From: Asterias rubens
Lineage: Eukaryota
DNA: 64,000 bases
Direction: 5' to 3'
Assembly: GCF_902459465.1 (NCBI RefSeq)
Contig: NC_047075.1
Location: forward strand, 2,604,001 to 2,668,000
Of the stretch, positions 33,727 through 45,456 are shown one piece after another (the stretch's first letter is position 1; every line of letters starts with the position of its first letter). The notes under the pieces are model-generated. The model searched no databases. It was not told the origin of the DNA and saw only the letters and a program-made list of their open reading frames with translations. Position numbers and translations under genes: made by a program.

Positions 33727-35398
33727 CTAGACCAGCAGAGCAAAGATGGCGGCCGCAGCGAAGACAGCCAAGCTAGTAGTCGCCTTGGTTGCGCCGTTGC
33801 ACAACTCCGTGAATTCACAGCAGTATTTCTGAACCCCCCCTACCGTGCCGTCTTTGCAGTCGTTCCCGGCGCAGCCTCTGGTTGTGACGCGTCTCTTTGT
33901 CAGCTCATCCGTGCCGATCTCTTTCTGTAAAAAGTACATTATTCATTTATTTATTTTATTAATCTGTAGACTTAAACACAATGATACAAGCTGGACAGGA
34001 GCTGTCAAGGTTAATACAAATGAGTATAACAACTGTCATATTGAGATGTGTAAAACCAGACCCCAATGATAAAAATATAACAATACCATATTTTAAAAAA
34101 GGAGACCGCACTCCGAAAACCTAGGATTCGAACTGCCTCCAGCTGCCAGACATTCTCGGTGGTATAGTTGATATGACACCACTCTGAATTGTAAAGGTCG
34201 TGGTTTCAAATCCCACCCGAGTATTTTATGCAAGTGATTTTTGTTTTCACAGAACTCAGGAAGGTAGCTAAACACACATCGGTGTATATGGGTAAAACCA
34301 AAAAGAATAATGTTGATAAGCTTAAAGGAACACGTTGCCTTGGATCGGACGAGTTGGTCTATAAAAATGCGTTTGTAACCGTTTGTTATAAAATGCATAT
34401 GGTTGGAAAGATGTTTTTAAAGTAGAATACAATGATCCACACAAGTTTGCCTCGAAATTGCGTGGTTTTCCTTTTCAACGTGTTCCTTTAAAAACAATCT
34501 CACTAGGGGTCGGGAGCCATCAGGCTACACTTACCACGCAGAATCTTGGGCATTCTGTCTTTCCAACTCGTGGGTCTTCTCCCCAGAACGTCGTGCTCCC
34601 ACAGGATGAGCCATCAAACCCAGTACAGGAGTAGCAGAACTTAGCCTGACAGTAACCTAAAGTATTTAAAATTAAAAACAATTCAGCTTAAATGCAGTGG
34701 ACACGTTTGGTTTTTACTAAAGTGTATCAAATCTTAGCCTGGCATAACTTAACCCGGTCGTAACCTATAACTTTTAAATCAAATCAAGTCAATTTAAATG
34801 CACTGGGGGATTTCACAAAGGGTTAATTCTAGTCTTATCTAGCCGTACGGTTTTAACATCTTCTAGGACTAGTCCTAAGTTAGGACTATACATTCCTAAC
34901 TCTCTGTAAAATCGCCCCCTGGACACGTTAGGTAATTACTCAAAATACACATCAGGCAAGCATAAAAACTTACAGGTAACAAGCAATAGAGAACTATCGG
35001 TATAGTGTAAAAACAATTTGAGAATACCCTCGCTGCGTAGCTTTCTAACAAAGAGGTTGTTTCTCACTACAATAATTTGAATCTGAGAAAGACTTCCGGT
35101 CCGAAGCCTTTCTCTAGCTAGCATCTGGGTGTTTTTCTTTCACTATTTTTTCTTGTACTTCGATGACCAATTGAGCCGAAATGTTCACAGAGTGTTGTTA
35201 TTTTATGCAATATGTTAAGATCACCAGGAGATAAACAATTTTGCGTTGACAATTTACCAAAGGTGTGCAGTGCCTTTAGTGACTATATCACATTATATCT
35301 TCCTTTTTCATTAAAATTATAAACAAGAAAACAATTTATTATTTGAATAACTTACCCACACATATCAACAAGAAAACAAGAATGCATAAATTCTTCAT
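33727..35398 (-). CDS. Ly6/uPAR three-finger protein A, 120 aa, predicted GPI anchor
   Basis: Exons 35398-35356 (MKNLCILVFLLICVG), 34656-34535 (YCQAKFCYSC...SSC...ECPRFCV) and 33924-33727 (RGC...DC...CCEFTELCN followed by hydrophobic ATTSLAVFAAAAIFALLV*). It has the 10 canonical LU cysteines, and the intron phases are 1 and 0. Confidence 0.9.
34120..34230 (+). mobile_element. tRNA-derived SINE-like repeat (second family)
   Basis: A-box-like GGTAGTCTAGTTGG and B-box GGTTCGAATCCC are seen in related copies at about 43770-43880 and 50045-50110. Confidence 0.5.
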
Positions 35399-37998
35399 GT
35401 TGCTGCTTGGTGTCTCAGCCCCCAAAAATACCACTACATAGCAAAAAAAAAAGATGGCGGAACGAAGCTGAACTTTGACCGCTTCAACGCTGTAACAACC
35501 ACAGCCAGTAACCAGTAAGTTAATGGTTAACTTTTAATTTGTTTATTATCGCCCGCCCTTTTGTGCTTGTGTGTGACGAGGATGTCGTCTGCTGAATGGA
35601 ATTTGAAAGCAAACAAAGACAACAAACTGTACGGGCCTACATTCTCACCGTTGGCTAAATTTCAGCCTGCTTTTAATGTTTTAAATCATAATCCTGGACA
35701 TGTAATTAATAAAACATTGTACAGTTGAAGATTAAGGGACCGGTTTGCTTTCAGAGCTATGATTGGAATGCGTTACAACTTGAAAAATTCCAAGGTTTTG
35801 CGAATTGTTTGCAAATACACCCTAAATCAAGGGACCGCCTGCAAATGTCACCTTTTTAAAGGTTTACGTATTGGGAGCATCTTTAACATTCCCCTCCATT
35901 CAAATACAAAGCTTCTTTTACACCCCCCCCCCCCCCACCACCACCACCACCACCACCGATAAACAACAACAATATCAATATAAATTATTCATATCCATCG
36001 GTCGTGTTTAAAGTGGGGAGGTGTTATTAGGGGAGATTGTGTCTTTAATGACTCAACCATGGAATTTGGCACAAAGTCAACTCATAGAACAGATATTTTG
36101 CTATAGCCTTAAAGCCATTGGACACTTTCGGTAAACAGTATTTTCCAAAGGCCCACACTTCGTGTATCACAAATATAAAATAAGAAACCTGCGAAAATTT
36201 AGGCTCAATCGGTCATCGGAGTCGGGAGAAAATAACGGGAAAACCCACTCCCTTGTTTCCGCATGTTTCGCCTTGTCATGATTGTGTTTAAAATAAATCC
36301 GTAAATCTCGATATCGAGAATTGATAATATTGTTTTAATGTTTTCTCAAAAAGTAAAGAATTTCATGGAATAATATTTCAAAAGAAGTCTTTCACTATTA
36401 CCTTCTGTAAACCCTGTAGGTTATTTGTAAATCTGTGAACTTTTTTTCTGTTCCGAAAGTGTCCAATGGCTTTAAACAGTAATCGGTTTGATTTTAGAAA
36501 CAAAAATATCCAGGTAAAATATCAAGACAGTTTCAAAATGGCACGCCACACTGTTTTGATTTTAGTTTTTGTTATGTTGGGTGACCTTCCCATTGACCCT
36601 TTGTTACGTATACTTTGCGAATCGTGTGAAGCCAAAATACACAGGAATGCTCGGGTGGGATTCAAACCCACGACCCCCAAATTCAGAAAATATGTACTTC
36701 ATGTTTTCTTGTTTATATTTACTTCAGAAGAGGCTGGTGCATAGGAAGAAATATTTAAATTGTAAACAAACAACACAACACAATTTCAAATTTGTTTAAA
36801 ACCTGGTATCAAAGTTTAATCACATTTGGAAAAAAAAAAAAACATTCCCCAATCATGCATATAAACACCCCCTCCGCCCCCCCGCCCCATCCCCCATTCC
36901 ATTTGATATAATAATGGAGTTTTTAGTTTAAAAATCACCAGAATAATAAGTTACAACTAATTTTCCATTTGCACGCGTAGACAAAGTAATGCTTTTTACA
37001 CACAAGTCACATCATCATTTTATAACAAACCATTAAAATACGTTCAAGGGAAAACTTTTAGATTTGTATTCTTATTTTTTACAAAGCTTTTTTTTTTTTC
37101 ACCGGTCTGGTAAAATGCTAGTTGCTGATTCTATGCTAACTGATGGTCCAAGAAAGATGACAACTAAATCAAATCTACAAGCTGTAGCCTATCGTTAATC
37201 ATAAGTATTTACATAATCAAAGTATAATGTTGAAGATTATAACTTTTGCAAGCTAAGGATCGAAATAACTTTGTGATAAGCAAACTGAAGAGTGTGGACA
37301 ACCCGTCACATTAAAGGCGACGGGAAAAAAGAGAAACACTTCAATGTGTAACTCTAAAATAAAAGCAAAGCTAATAAAAGTTACACCACTATATAAAAAA
37401 CTATTTAAAAAACAACATAATATAGTACGTGATTAACCTATAGACGCCTGGTACCCCCCCCCCCCAAAAAAAAGTAAAATTATTTTACGCGGTACTTGTG
37501 TGACTTTTGCGCCAGGTGGCAGCAGACTTACAGGTAAATCCATTGTTTTTGGTTATGTGCTCGTGATCAGAACGATGGAAACAATAGAAATTACTTGGCA
37601 ATTGATCCACCCAACCAGGGCCCAATGTCATAGCGCTGCTAAGCACACAAATTTGCTGAGCATGAAATGTCTTCCTTGATAAAAACAGGATTACCAACCA
37701 CATTTCCATTTGTTGCATATTACTTGTTAATTGTATTCAGCTGTTGTTTGTTTATCCTAAAAACCACGTGGAAATTTGGTTGGCAATTCTGTTTTTATCG
37801 AGGCCAACATTTCATGCTAAGCAAATTTGTGTGCTTAGCTGCGCTATGAAATTGGCCCCTGAACGATTTAGCCTAAAACTCAAAGAGTTTTAACTCTTTG
37901 CGGTAAACCACGTGTAACATTGTTCGCTCACCGCCATGTTCACTGTTATTTGTGTAGTTTTCATAGTTTACGAATATTATTTTAAAGTTCTGATTTCA

Positions 37999-39489
37999 TC
38001 ACTGGCGGCAAAGTTTAGACGCCACCCAACACAGGAGAACAACTGGAAGACTAAAGGTCACGGCGCGTGCACTGTTGCACATGTTTTTGTTGCAGCATCT
38101 GACGCAATCCTGGTGTTCGGGGTTACCAAAGCAACCAGGGACGCAGTCGGTTTCCCTCTCGTAGCAGCCGCGATAGACCAGCGTCTCACCGTAGACCGTG
38201 TGCCTCAGGCGACGATCCTGGGGAATATGAAAATATTTTGAGAGTGAGCAAACAATAGTTACCGTCAACAGATTTGGGATGTAGTCTAAGATACGGGCAG
38301 GCTTTTAAGAGAAATGGGCAGAGCCGTGTATATGGAGTAGACTTTTAGTCAAGGCCCAGTCTGGCTTGGACAGCTTCGTAGAGTTGCGATCCCGAACGAC
38401 TAGAAGGGTAGACCACTCTCGCGAGTCGGGTGGTGATGAAGCCACGAGGGTGCGTGGTCTCCCCTTCCAGTCGCTTGAGAAGGGGGCTCTATGAAGCTGC
38501 CCAAGTCAAGAACCCCTTGTCAAAAGGATGTATTAAGAGAGTTGCGACATGCATGTAGGGACCAGATTTCTTTGGTCACATGATTTATGGACACACATCG
38601 GTCCAAACTAAGCACAATTCAATGTGTAGTAGTCTGGCATTCTGTTTGCGCCGCAACTCATGCATTATTATCCTTGGATCACAAATTACTTCAAATCACA
38701 AGTTGTCGCAACTCTTTCAAAAATGTACGGCTCTGGAAATGGGTATAAAACTTACATAGCAAATTCCTTTGCACTTCACGAGGTAGACACCTTCGCTCTC
38801 TGACGTCACTGACATGACTTTGGACGGATCCGATGGGTCTCTGGGTTCACAGTAAGGGTTGGCGGCACAGTGGTAGCAGTATAGATCATGCTGAGGTTCG
38901 ACCCCCTCAACTGTATACATTCAAATAAAGAGAATACATGAAAAGAATGTTAGTGGACAACCTCGTTCTCATCGGTGCACGATCTCGACGCGCCATTTTG
39001 TTTTCTTTCCCGGGATGGTTGCTTGATCGCGGATGCAGCGGGTGATACGGCGCACTGTCAATGGTATACGATAATACGAGGCTGGTTATAGTGGAAATTG
39101 AAACTGTGCACGATGTATATTTTAAGTGTAGAACCATGAAGTTATTTCTCATGGTAGCATCGGGTCGGGAAGAAGTTTCAACTTTTTACAATTAAATAAA
39201 GGACGATATTTGTATGTTGGTAGAGTTTAAAACTTTCTTATCACTGCAGTGCTAATGGTTTTGTGTTTATGTTTTTAGACCAATGTTTATACTGTGAAGC
39301 GCTCAGCGACTGGTTGATGTTTTTTGAATGAATAAACACTGCTTCTATTCTTGGAGGCAGTGGTGAGGTTCAAGGCCCCTCAACTGATTACATTTAAATC
39401 CAAAGTTGTTGTTCTTTTACTTCAGCATGACTAGGCTACTTACCGACGACTGAAAACAATAAAATAACGGCAGCAATCCAGCGCAACAT
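37999..39489 (-). CDS. Ly6/uPAR three-finger protein B, 139 aa, 12-Cys variant, probable GPI anchor
   Basis: Exons 39489-39444 (MLRWIAAVILLFSVV), 38910-38756 (LYCYHC...YC...KCKGICY) and 38217-37999 (RGC...DCVPGC...DCVRCCNKNMCN plus a hydrophobic tail). Same phases (1, 0) as gene A. Confidence 0.9.
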
Positions 39490-40747
39490 GGCTGCCTCTT
39501 TAGTATAACCTGCCGGGGGAAAAAACCAAAGATGTTTTTTGTATGCAAGCTTATTGATATCAAATCAATGTGTCCCTAATCTAATACCCTTCCATTTGTT
39601 TTCCTATAATAGTGCTAGCCAAGCAACAACAACAAGACTTAAATATCATAGATTAAAGGGGGGGGGGTATACTCCCGACCAGTCATTGACCATTAACTAA
39701 TTTGTACAGAGCACTGGGGAGCTACTGACTATAAAACATACGAAACCATTTGAAGTAATGTACTTATAGAGAAAGAGTTAATTTTCACCTCAAAGTTTGA
39801 GGGCATGAAACCTAAAACTTAAGTGTTTTTTTTTCTTCTTTGTTTCCTTGCAACTTCGATTTAAAATTGAGCCCAAATATTGCACATGTTAGTTTTGTAT
39901 GCATAGCCTATGTTGGGACACATCAAGTGAGGATACGGCATTAGACAATATAACAAAAAGTGAGTGCCTTTAAACCTGGAGGGACATTGTTCATGTTAAA
40001 CAGCTCACTATTTTGTAAAATCATGAGTCATCAATTGGACATTAAGGACAGCCCTAAACGCGACTGCACGCTAGGCTTCATTCGGCGGCTACACTTAAAC
40101 AGATCTTGTTACCAAGTAATAATTTTGAACAAACTATATTTGAACACGATCCCTGAATAACCGCAATATTGTTGGCTAAGTTTGTTTGTGATACCAGTCT
40201 GCACTTGGCGCGAAGTCCATAACACACTGAAGTCTATACGCGCTATGAATGTTTGCTTGTGTAATTCAACAACTCGGTTACTGATTAACACTATAAAGAA
40301 CTTAACGGCATGGCACTTATCGTTGTTATTGTTTTCTTGTGTAATCAAACTGCACGACTTCATAAAAAGAAATTATGTATGGCTACTATTTTGTTATTCT
40401 GTGTGCTTTCTGACTATTACGACTTAAAGGCAAAGCATAGACATACCTTTGATTTTGTTTAACCGTTGGGTTGTTTTAATCTTATTTAAATGTAGATGGA
40501 TATAATAAAACTAACTTGTGAAGAATCATATCCTTAAAATGAAGACCCAATCTGAAAAGCGTTACTGCTGATACTTCTACATAAACCACATTGCTTCAAA
40601 AAGAAATGTTTTTCAAAATGATCAATACTAACGAAAGCTGCTGTTAGGCTTCTAACCAAACGTTTTGATTGCCATTAATTTTAAGAGTGATTATCTAAAG
40701 TAGGATGGTGCATTTTCCTTTTAGATTTCACCTCGATCTCCTTTTAA

Positions 40748-41123
40748 AGGAACACGTTGCCTTGGGCCGGTCGAGTTGGTCTATAAAAAGCGTTTTTAAC
40801 CGTTTGTTATAAAATGCATATGGTTAGAAAGATATTTTAAAAGTAGAACACAATGATCCAAACAAACATGCCTCGAAATTGCACGGTTTTCTTTTTACCT
40901 CGTCGACTAACACGGTCGGCCATTTATGGGAGTCAAATTTTTGACTCCCATAAATGGCCGACCGTGTTAGTTCGCAAATAAAAACCACGCAATTTCGAGG
41001 CAGATTTGTGTGGATCATTGTATTCTACTTTTAAAATATATTTCTAACCACATGCATTTTGTAACAAACGGTTACAAACGCTTTTTATAGACCAACTCGA
41101 CCGATCCAAGGCAACGTGTTCCT
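40748..41123. mobile_element. Kolobok-like MITE family 2 (TTAA-AGGAACACGTTGCC), near-palindromic with a central hairpin
   Basis: TTAA flanks and an internal GGTCGGCCATTTATGGGAGTCAAA inverted repeat. Copies at 57892-58257 and 34326-34487. Confidence 0.8.
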
Positions 41124-42899
41124 TTAAGTTAGTTTGATTTTATGCCTAGTATAAATTTATTTTATACAACATGTATAAAGAGGCTGTGTGTTGGTTCGAT
41201 GCATATGAAAAAAAAAAAAAATCAAGTTGTTATTTATTTGCATCATAGCATTCCTTGACCTAAATGAAAATCGACTAAAGCCCTTTTTTTTTTAACTCAG
41301 TGCAACAAAATGTTGCTCAACAAGGTTACCAGCGAAACTACCGTGCCCCACTGTACAACTTACGACTGGCATCCTGCTTAATTCTGCTTGCTAACAGAAA
41401 GGTGTTAAGCAATATTTTCCGCTTAACCATCTCTATAAAACGAGGCTGAGATCAATCTTAATTATAAAACTCATCATCTTAATTGATAAAAAGTGTGGTG
41501 TCACAATTGCTGGTAAGAACTCATCCTTATGAGTATTATTGCTTAGTGGAATCCAGCCTATGATACCAACTTTACAACATGTAGGCCTAGCCTACATGAA
41601 ATAAGAAACATGTTAGATGCTCAATCGGTCATCGGAGCCAAGAGAATGAACCATTTCTCTCTTTTTTCAAACTTCGAGTTCTGGATTAACTAACTGTTTT
41701 ACTCAATTCACAAATCCATATTATTATAAGATCAATATTACATCAAAAACTAATTCAACGGGTTATCGATATAAAGCGTTGAGAGATAACTTCATATTAA
41801 GCGCTATATAAAACGAATAAAATAATATTTATCAAATGTAGATAGTATTATTTCCAGGGAAGTTTTCCAGCATAATCATCGTAATACCTTTAGCATGTTG
41901 TTCCGAAATCTGTGAACATATTTTCTTACATGCTATGCACAACCTTTTATAAAACAATCACACAAATCCTAATTGATTATAAAAAACAAAGACATTATTA
42001 TCTCTTTTATGTCTATCGCATCCATCTTTATTTTTAAAATAACATATGAAATCGCCCGTTTTTTCAAAACTTGTTCATGACTCGAGTGCACAAGAATTTG
42101 TATTTTAAACCAACAGTCGGTTAGTAGCCTTGAAATAATTAACTAGTTCAACTTACCGGTTCTCGAATAAAATAAAAAATCACCAACCAGAAGTGTCTTC
42201 ACATTCTCCTGGACACAATACTTGTAGAAAATGCGAACATTAATTTACGAGTTGAATTTTGGTTAAAGATTGTAATGGCGGACAACGGGACGCGGAATGT
42301 ACACAGCCGCTCAAAGTCCAATCTGATAAGATAAGGTCGACAGAGGGGGTAATAGGTCTAGAGCAGTTCGGTGTAATTTTTGCCGAAATTACCAATGTCG
42401 TAGTGCTTTTCAATGGGGAAATATGTTTTCTTAATCGATTCAAAAAGACCACAAAACAAGGTTACATTGATCCACAGAGGCAGTGTTGTAACTGGGGGCC
42501 AATTTCATAGAGCTGCTTAAGCAAAAATTGTGCTTAAGCACGAAAAACAGCTCGCTTATTTTACACATGTTACTGGCCAAAATGTTATGCCATATACATT
42601 GATTGTGACTGGTAATTAGTTTTCTTTTTTTCTCCCAAATAAATTACTACATAAAGCAACGTATTAGAGAAGTTCAGTTGTGTTGTATATTTTATATCCA
42701 TGAAACGATTGTTAAGTTTTATTTCATCAATATATGTTCACAATTTAAAACCACTTTTTTATTTACACATTTTTTATTCAAACTTGCACATAATTTTGTT
42801 AATTGTATTTCATTTGGTACAGCGAGACATGACAAAAGCTACAGTACTGAATACAGGGTACATTACTAATCATCGATATACTCTTTACATAAAATACAG

Positions 42900-43268
42900 T
42901 GGTACACTCCTATGTTCCAACACCCCTGTTTCGACACTCCTATTTGCCGACACCCCTATGACCCAATACCCCTATGTTCCGACATTCTATGCTCCAACAC
43001 TCATATTTTCTGAACCCCTATGTTCCAACACCCCAACGTTCTGACACCCCTATATTCAACATCCCTATGTTCCGCCACCCCTATGTTCCGACATCCCTTA
43101 TGTTCCAACAGCCAAACATTCTGACACCCCTATGTTCCGACACCCTTATGTTCCGATATGTTCCGACACCCCCATGTTCCGACACCCTTATGTTCCGATA
43201 TGTTCCGACACCCCCATGTTCCGACACCCTTATGTTCCGATATGTTCCTACACTCCATGTTCTGACAT
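42900..43268 (+). repeat. Minisatellite of CCCCTATGTTCCGACA-like units with a higher-order 42-bp period at the 3' end
   Basis: Repeated TATGTTCCGAC cores. The unit CACCCTTATGTTCCGATATGTTCCGACACCCCCATGTTCCGA recurs at 43141, 43183 and (partially) 43225. Confidence 0.85.
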
Positions 43269-44249
43269 AGGATCGTCCAAACACAGGGGTAACGGAATAT
43301 AGAGTTGTCATCATTACAGTACAGACGCGTAAAAGTACAACCACGTTTTGGACCAATTACTCAATAATTAACTTAAAAATGGCTTCTCACTGGTAACCTT
43401 GAGACTGCGACATCAGGGCTATGGCTCAGTTGGTAGATCGCAATGTGAATTATTTTTTTTCATCGTAATAAATTTCAAAAAACTCTCCATTGGTCTTTTT
43501 AATTAAAACATAATTATACAAATAATCAAGGTGATAATATTACATGAAGGTGAAAACTCAACTGCTTACATTTCTTATATTCATTAAAAAATTATAATAA
43601 TTCATAAATCTGTCTGCACCTGAACAATGTTTGTTGTGGCGTTAAAAAAACAGGCAGGTTTGTCATCAGGCCATTTCTCCAAACACATTTTCATCTGATG
43701 CGCAATCGGTATGTAAATCACGCAACAAATAAACAATAAAATGTCAAGATATTTTAACCATTTGGCAACATAGGATTCGAACTGCCCCTAGCTGCCGGGC
43801 AATCTCGGTAGTCTAGTTGGTAACATGCTGCTCTAGAATTACAAGGGGAGTGGGTTCGAATCCCACCCAAGTGATATGCCTGTGATATTTTTTTCACAGT
43901 ACTCAGGGAAAGTACTGATTATATATAGTGCTAACACACATCAGTGTATAGGTAAAAACCAAAGTTAACATTTGGCAAACACTTATCGATCTAAAGAAAT
44001 ATCAATTGATCGATCATTGATCAAGTAATGGATCTACAATCAATCAATTAATCAATTATTAAATTTAAGTTGGGAAGGTAGTGCATCAATTCTGCTCTAC
44101 TAAGCAGGTTGATGGTATCAATGCCTACATGCTTACAGCTGAAGTGCAGAATTCTGCAGAAAGCAGAGCCATTAAGTGCGCCATTTTGTTGTTGATTCGT
44201 CCTGCACAGTTTTAATCGACATTCTGTCACTTTTGTTGCACCGTAGTTT

Positions 44250-44375
44250 GAAGTTGCTTTAGAGGTGGATTATAACGGCTCCTTTAAAAGTCTTATTGTC
44301 TGTGATGGATTAGATGTCTGTGGTGGTAATGTGTTCCAGTCTTTAATAACTGTTTTGGGTATGAATGAATATACC
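44250..44375 (-). mobile_element. CR1/L2-clade LINE 3' end remnant
   Basis: Minus-strand YSFIPKTVIKDWNTLPP matches the SFFPRTxxxWNxLP C-terminal motif. Confidence 0.6.
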
Positions 44376-45456
44376 CCTGAAAGTATACAAACATGATTTA
44401 GAGCGCCCTCAGCGGTAAAAAATATGGCGCCTTGGGGTCAGCTTATAGACAGTGTGACCTCTGACGTCACTCAAAAACCATAACATGATTCGCGCGCATA
44501 CCGCTGCACAAAACCTTTGTGTTTTGGCAGCAAGCTAGAAAGTACAGGCGAAACATATGTGTACAGTGTTTTGTCAACAGAGGGCGGTTTGAAGGTAAAC
44601 ATCGGTCACATTGTCTATAAATTGCGAGGTGGACACTTGCAGACTCAGATTTGCATTGATACCTGACAATAGATCTATCAACAGTCAGCCACACACAAAC
44701 ATGCCCAATAGGAGACTTTCCAACGCTAGGTGGCAGCAGACATACCGGGTAAATTTCCATTGTTTACGTAGTTCTGAACATGCGCATAATTCTGAGAACA
44801 ATGGATTTACCCGGTAAGTCTGCTGCCCTCTATCGTCCCAGAAAGTCTCCCAATTAAAAAAAATTAAAAAGAAACTAAAAGCACAATGCAAGATCTAAAA
44901 GACTCAATCTACAAGTTACAAATGTAAAGGCATTATGAGAGACAAAACATTGAGGTATCATATTGAAAAACACAAGACTGTCGGACTTGCTTACTGGCCC
45001 AGGACTAAAATCACTTGCCTTTGTCCTGCGGTCCAGAGTCAAATTCAACCCCAGGGCCCAATTTATTAGAGCTGCTAAGCACAAAAATTTGCTTAGCATG
45101 AAAATTCTTCATTGATAAAAACAGGATTACCAACCAAATTTCGATTTGGTGCATATTGCTTGTTACTGGTATTCAGCTGTTGTTTGCTGAAAATCTCGTG
45201 GACATTTGGTTGGTAATCCTGTTTTTATCAAGGCAAACATTTCATGCTAAGCAAATTTTTGTGCTTAGCAGCCTTATGAAAAGGGGCCCTGGCATTGCAA
45301 CAAATGCCTCCGCTGTCTCAGTGAAATATCAACCCCGCAGAGGAGTATGAAACTTCCACTGAATGGGTATGGTCACCTTGTCCAGAGTAGCGACCGTTAA
45401 AAAATATTTAAAATCCTCTAAAAGGCTTACAAGTCAAAGGCCTGAATATACTTTGT

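Noticed and set aside
42900-43268. CRISPR-like array
   Set aside because: The units are contiguous degenerate tandem repeats with no unique spacers, there are no cas genes, and the context is eukaryotic.
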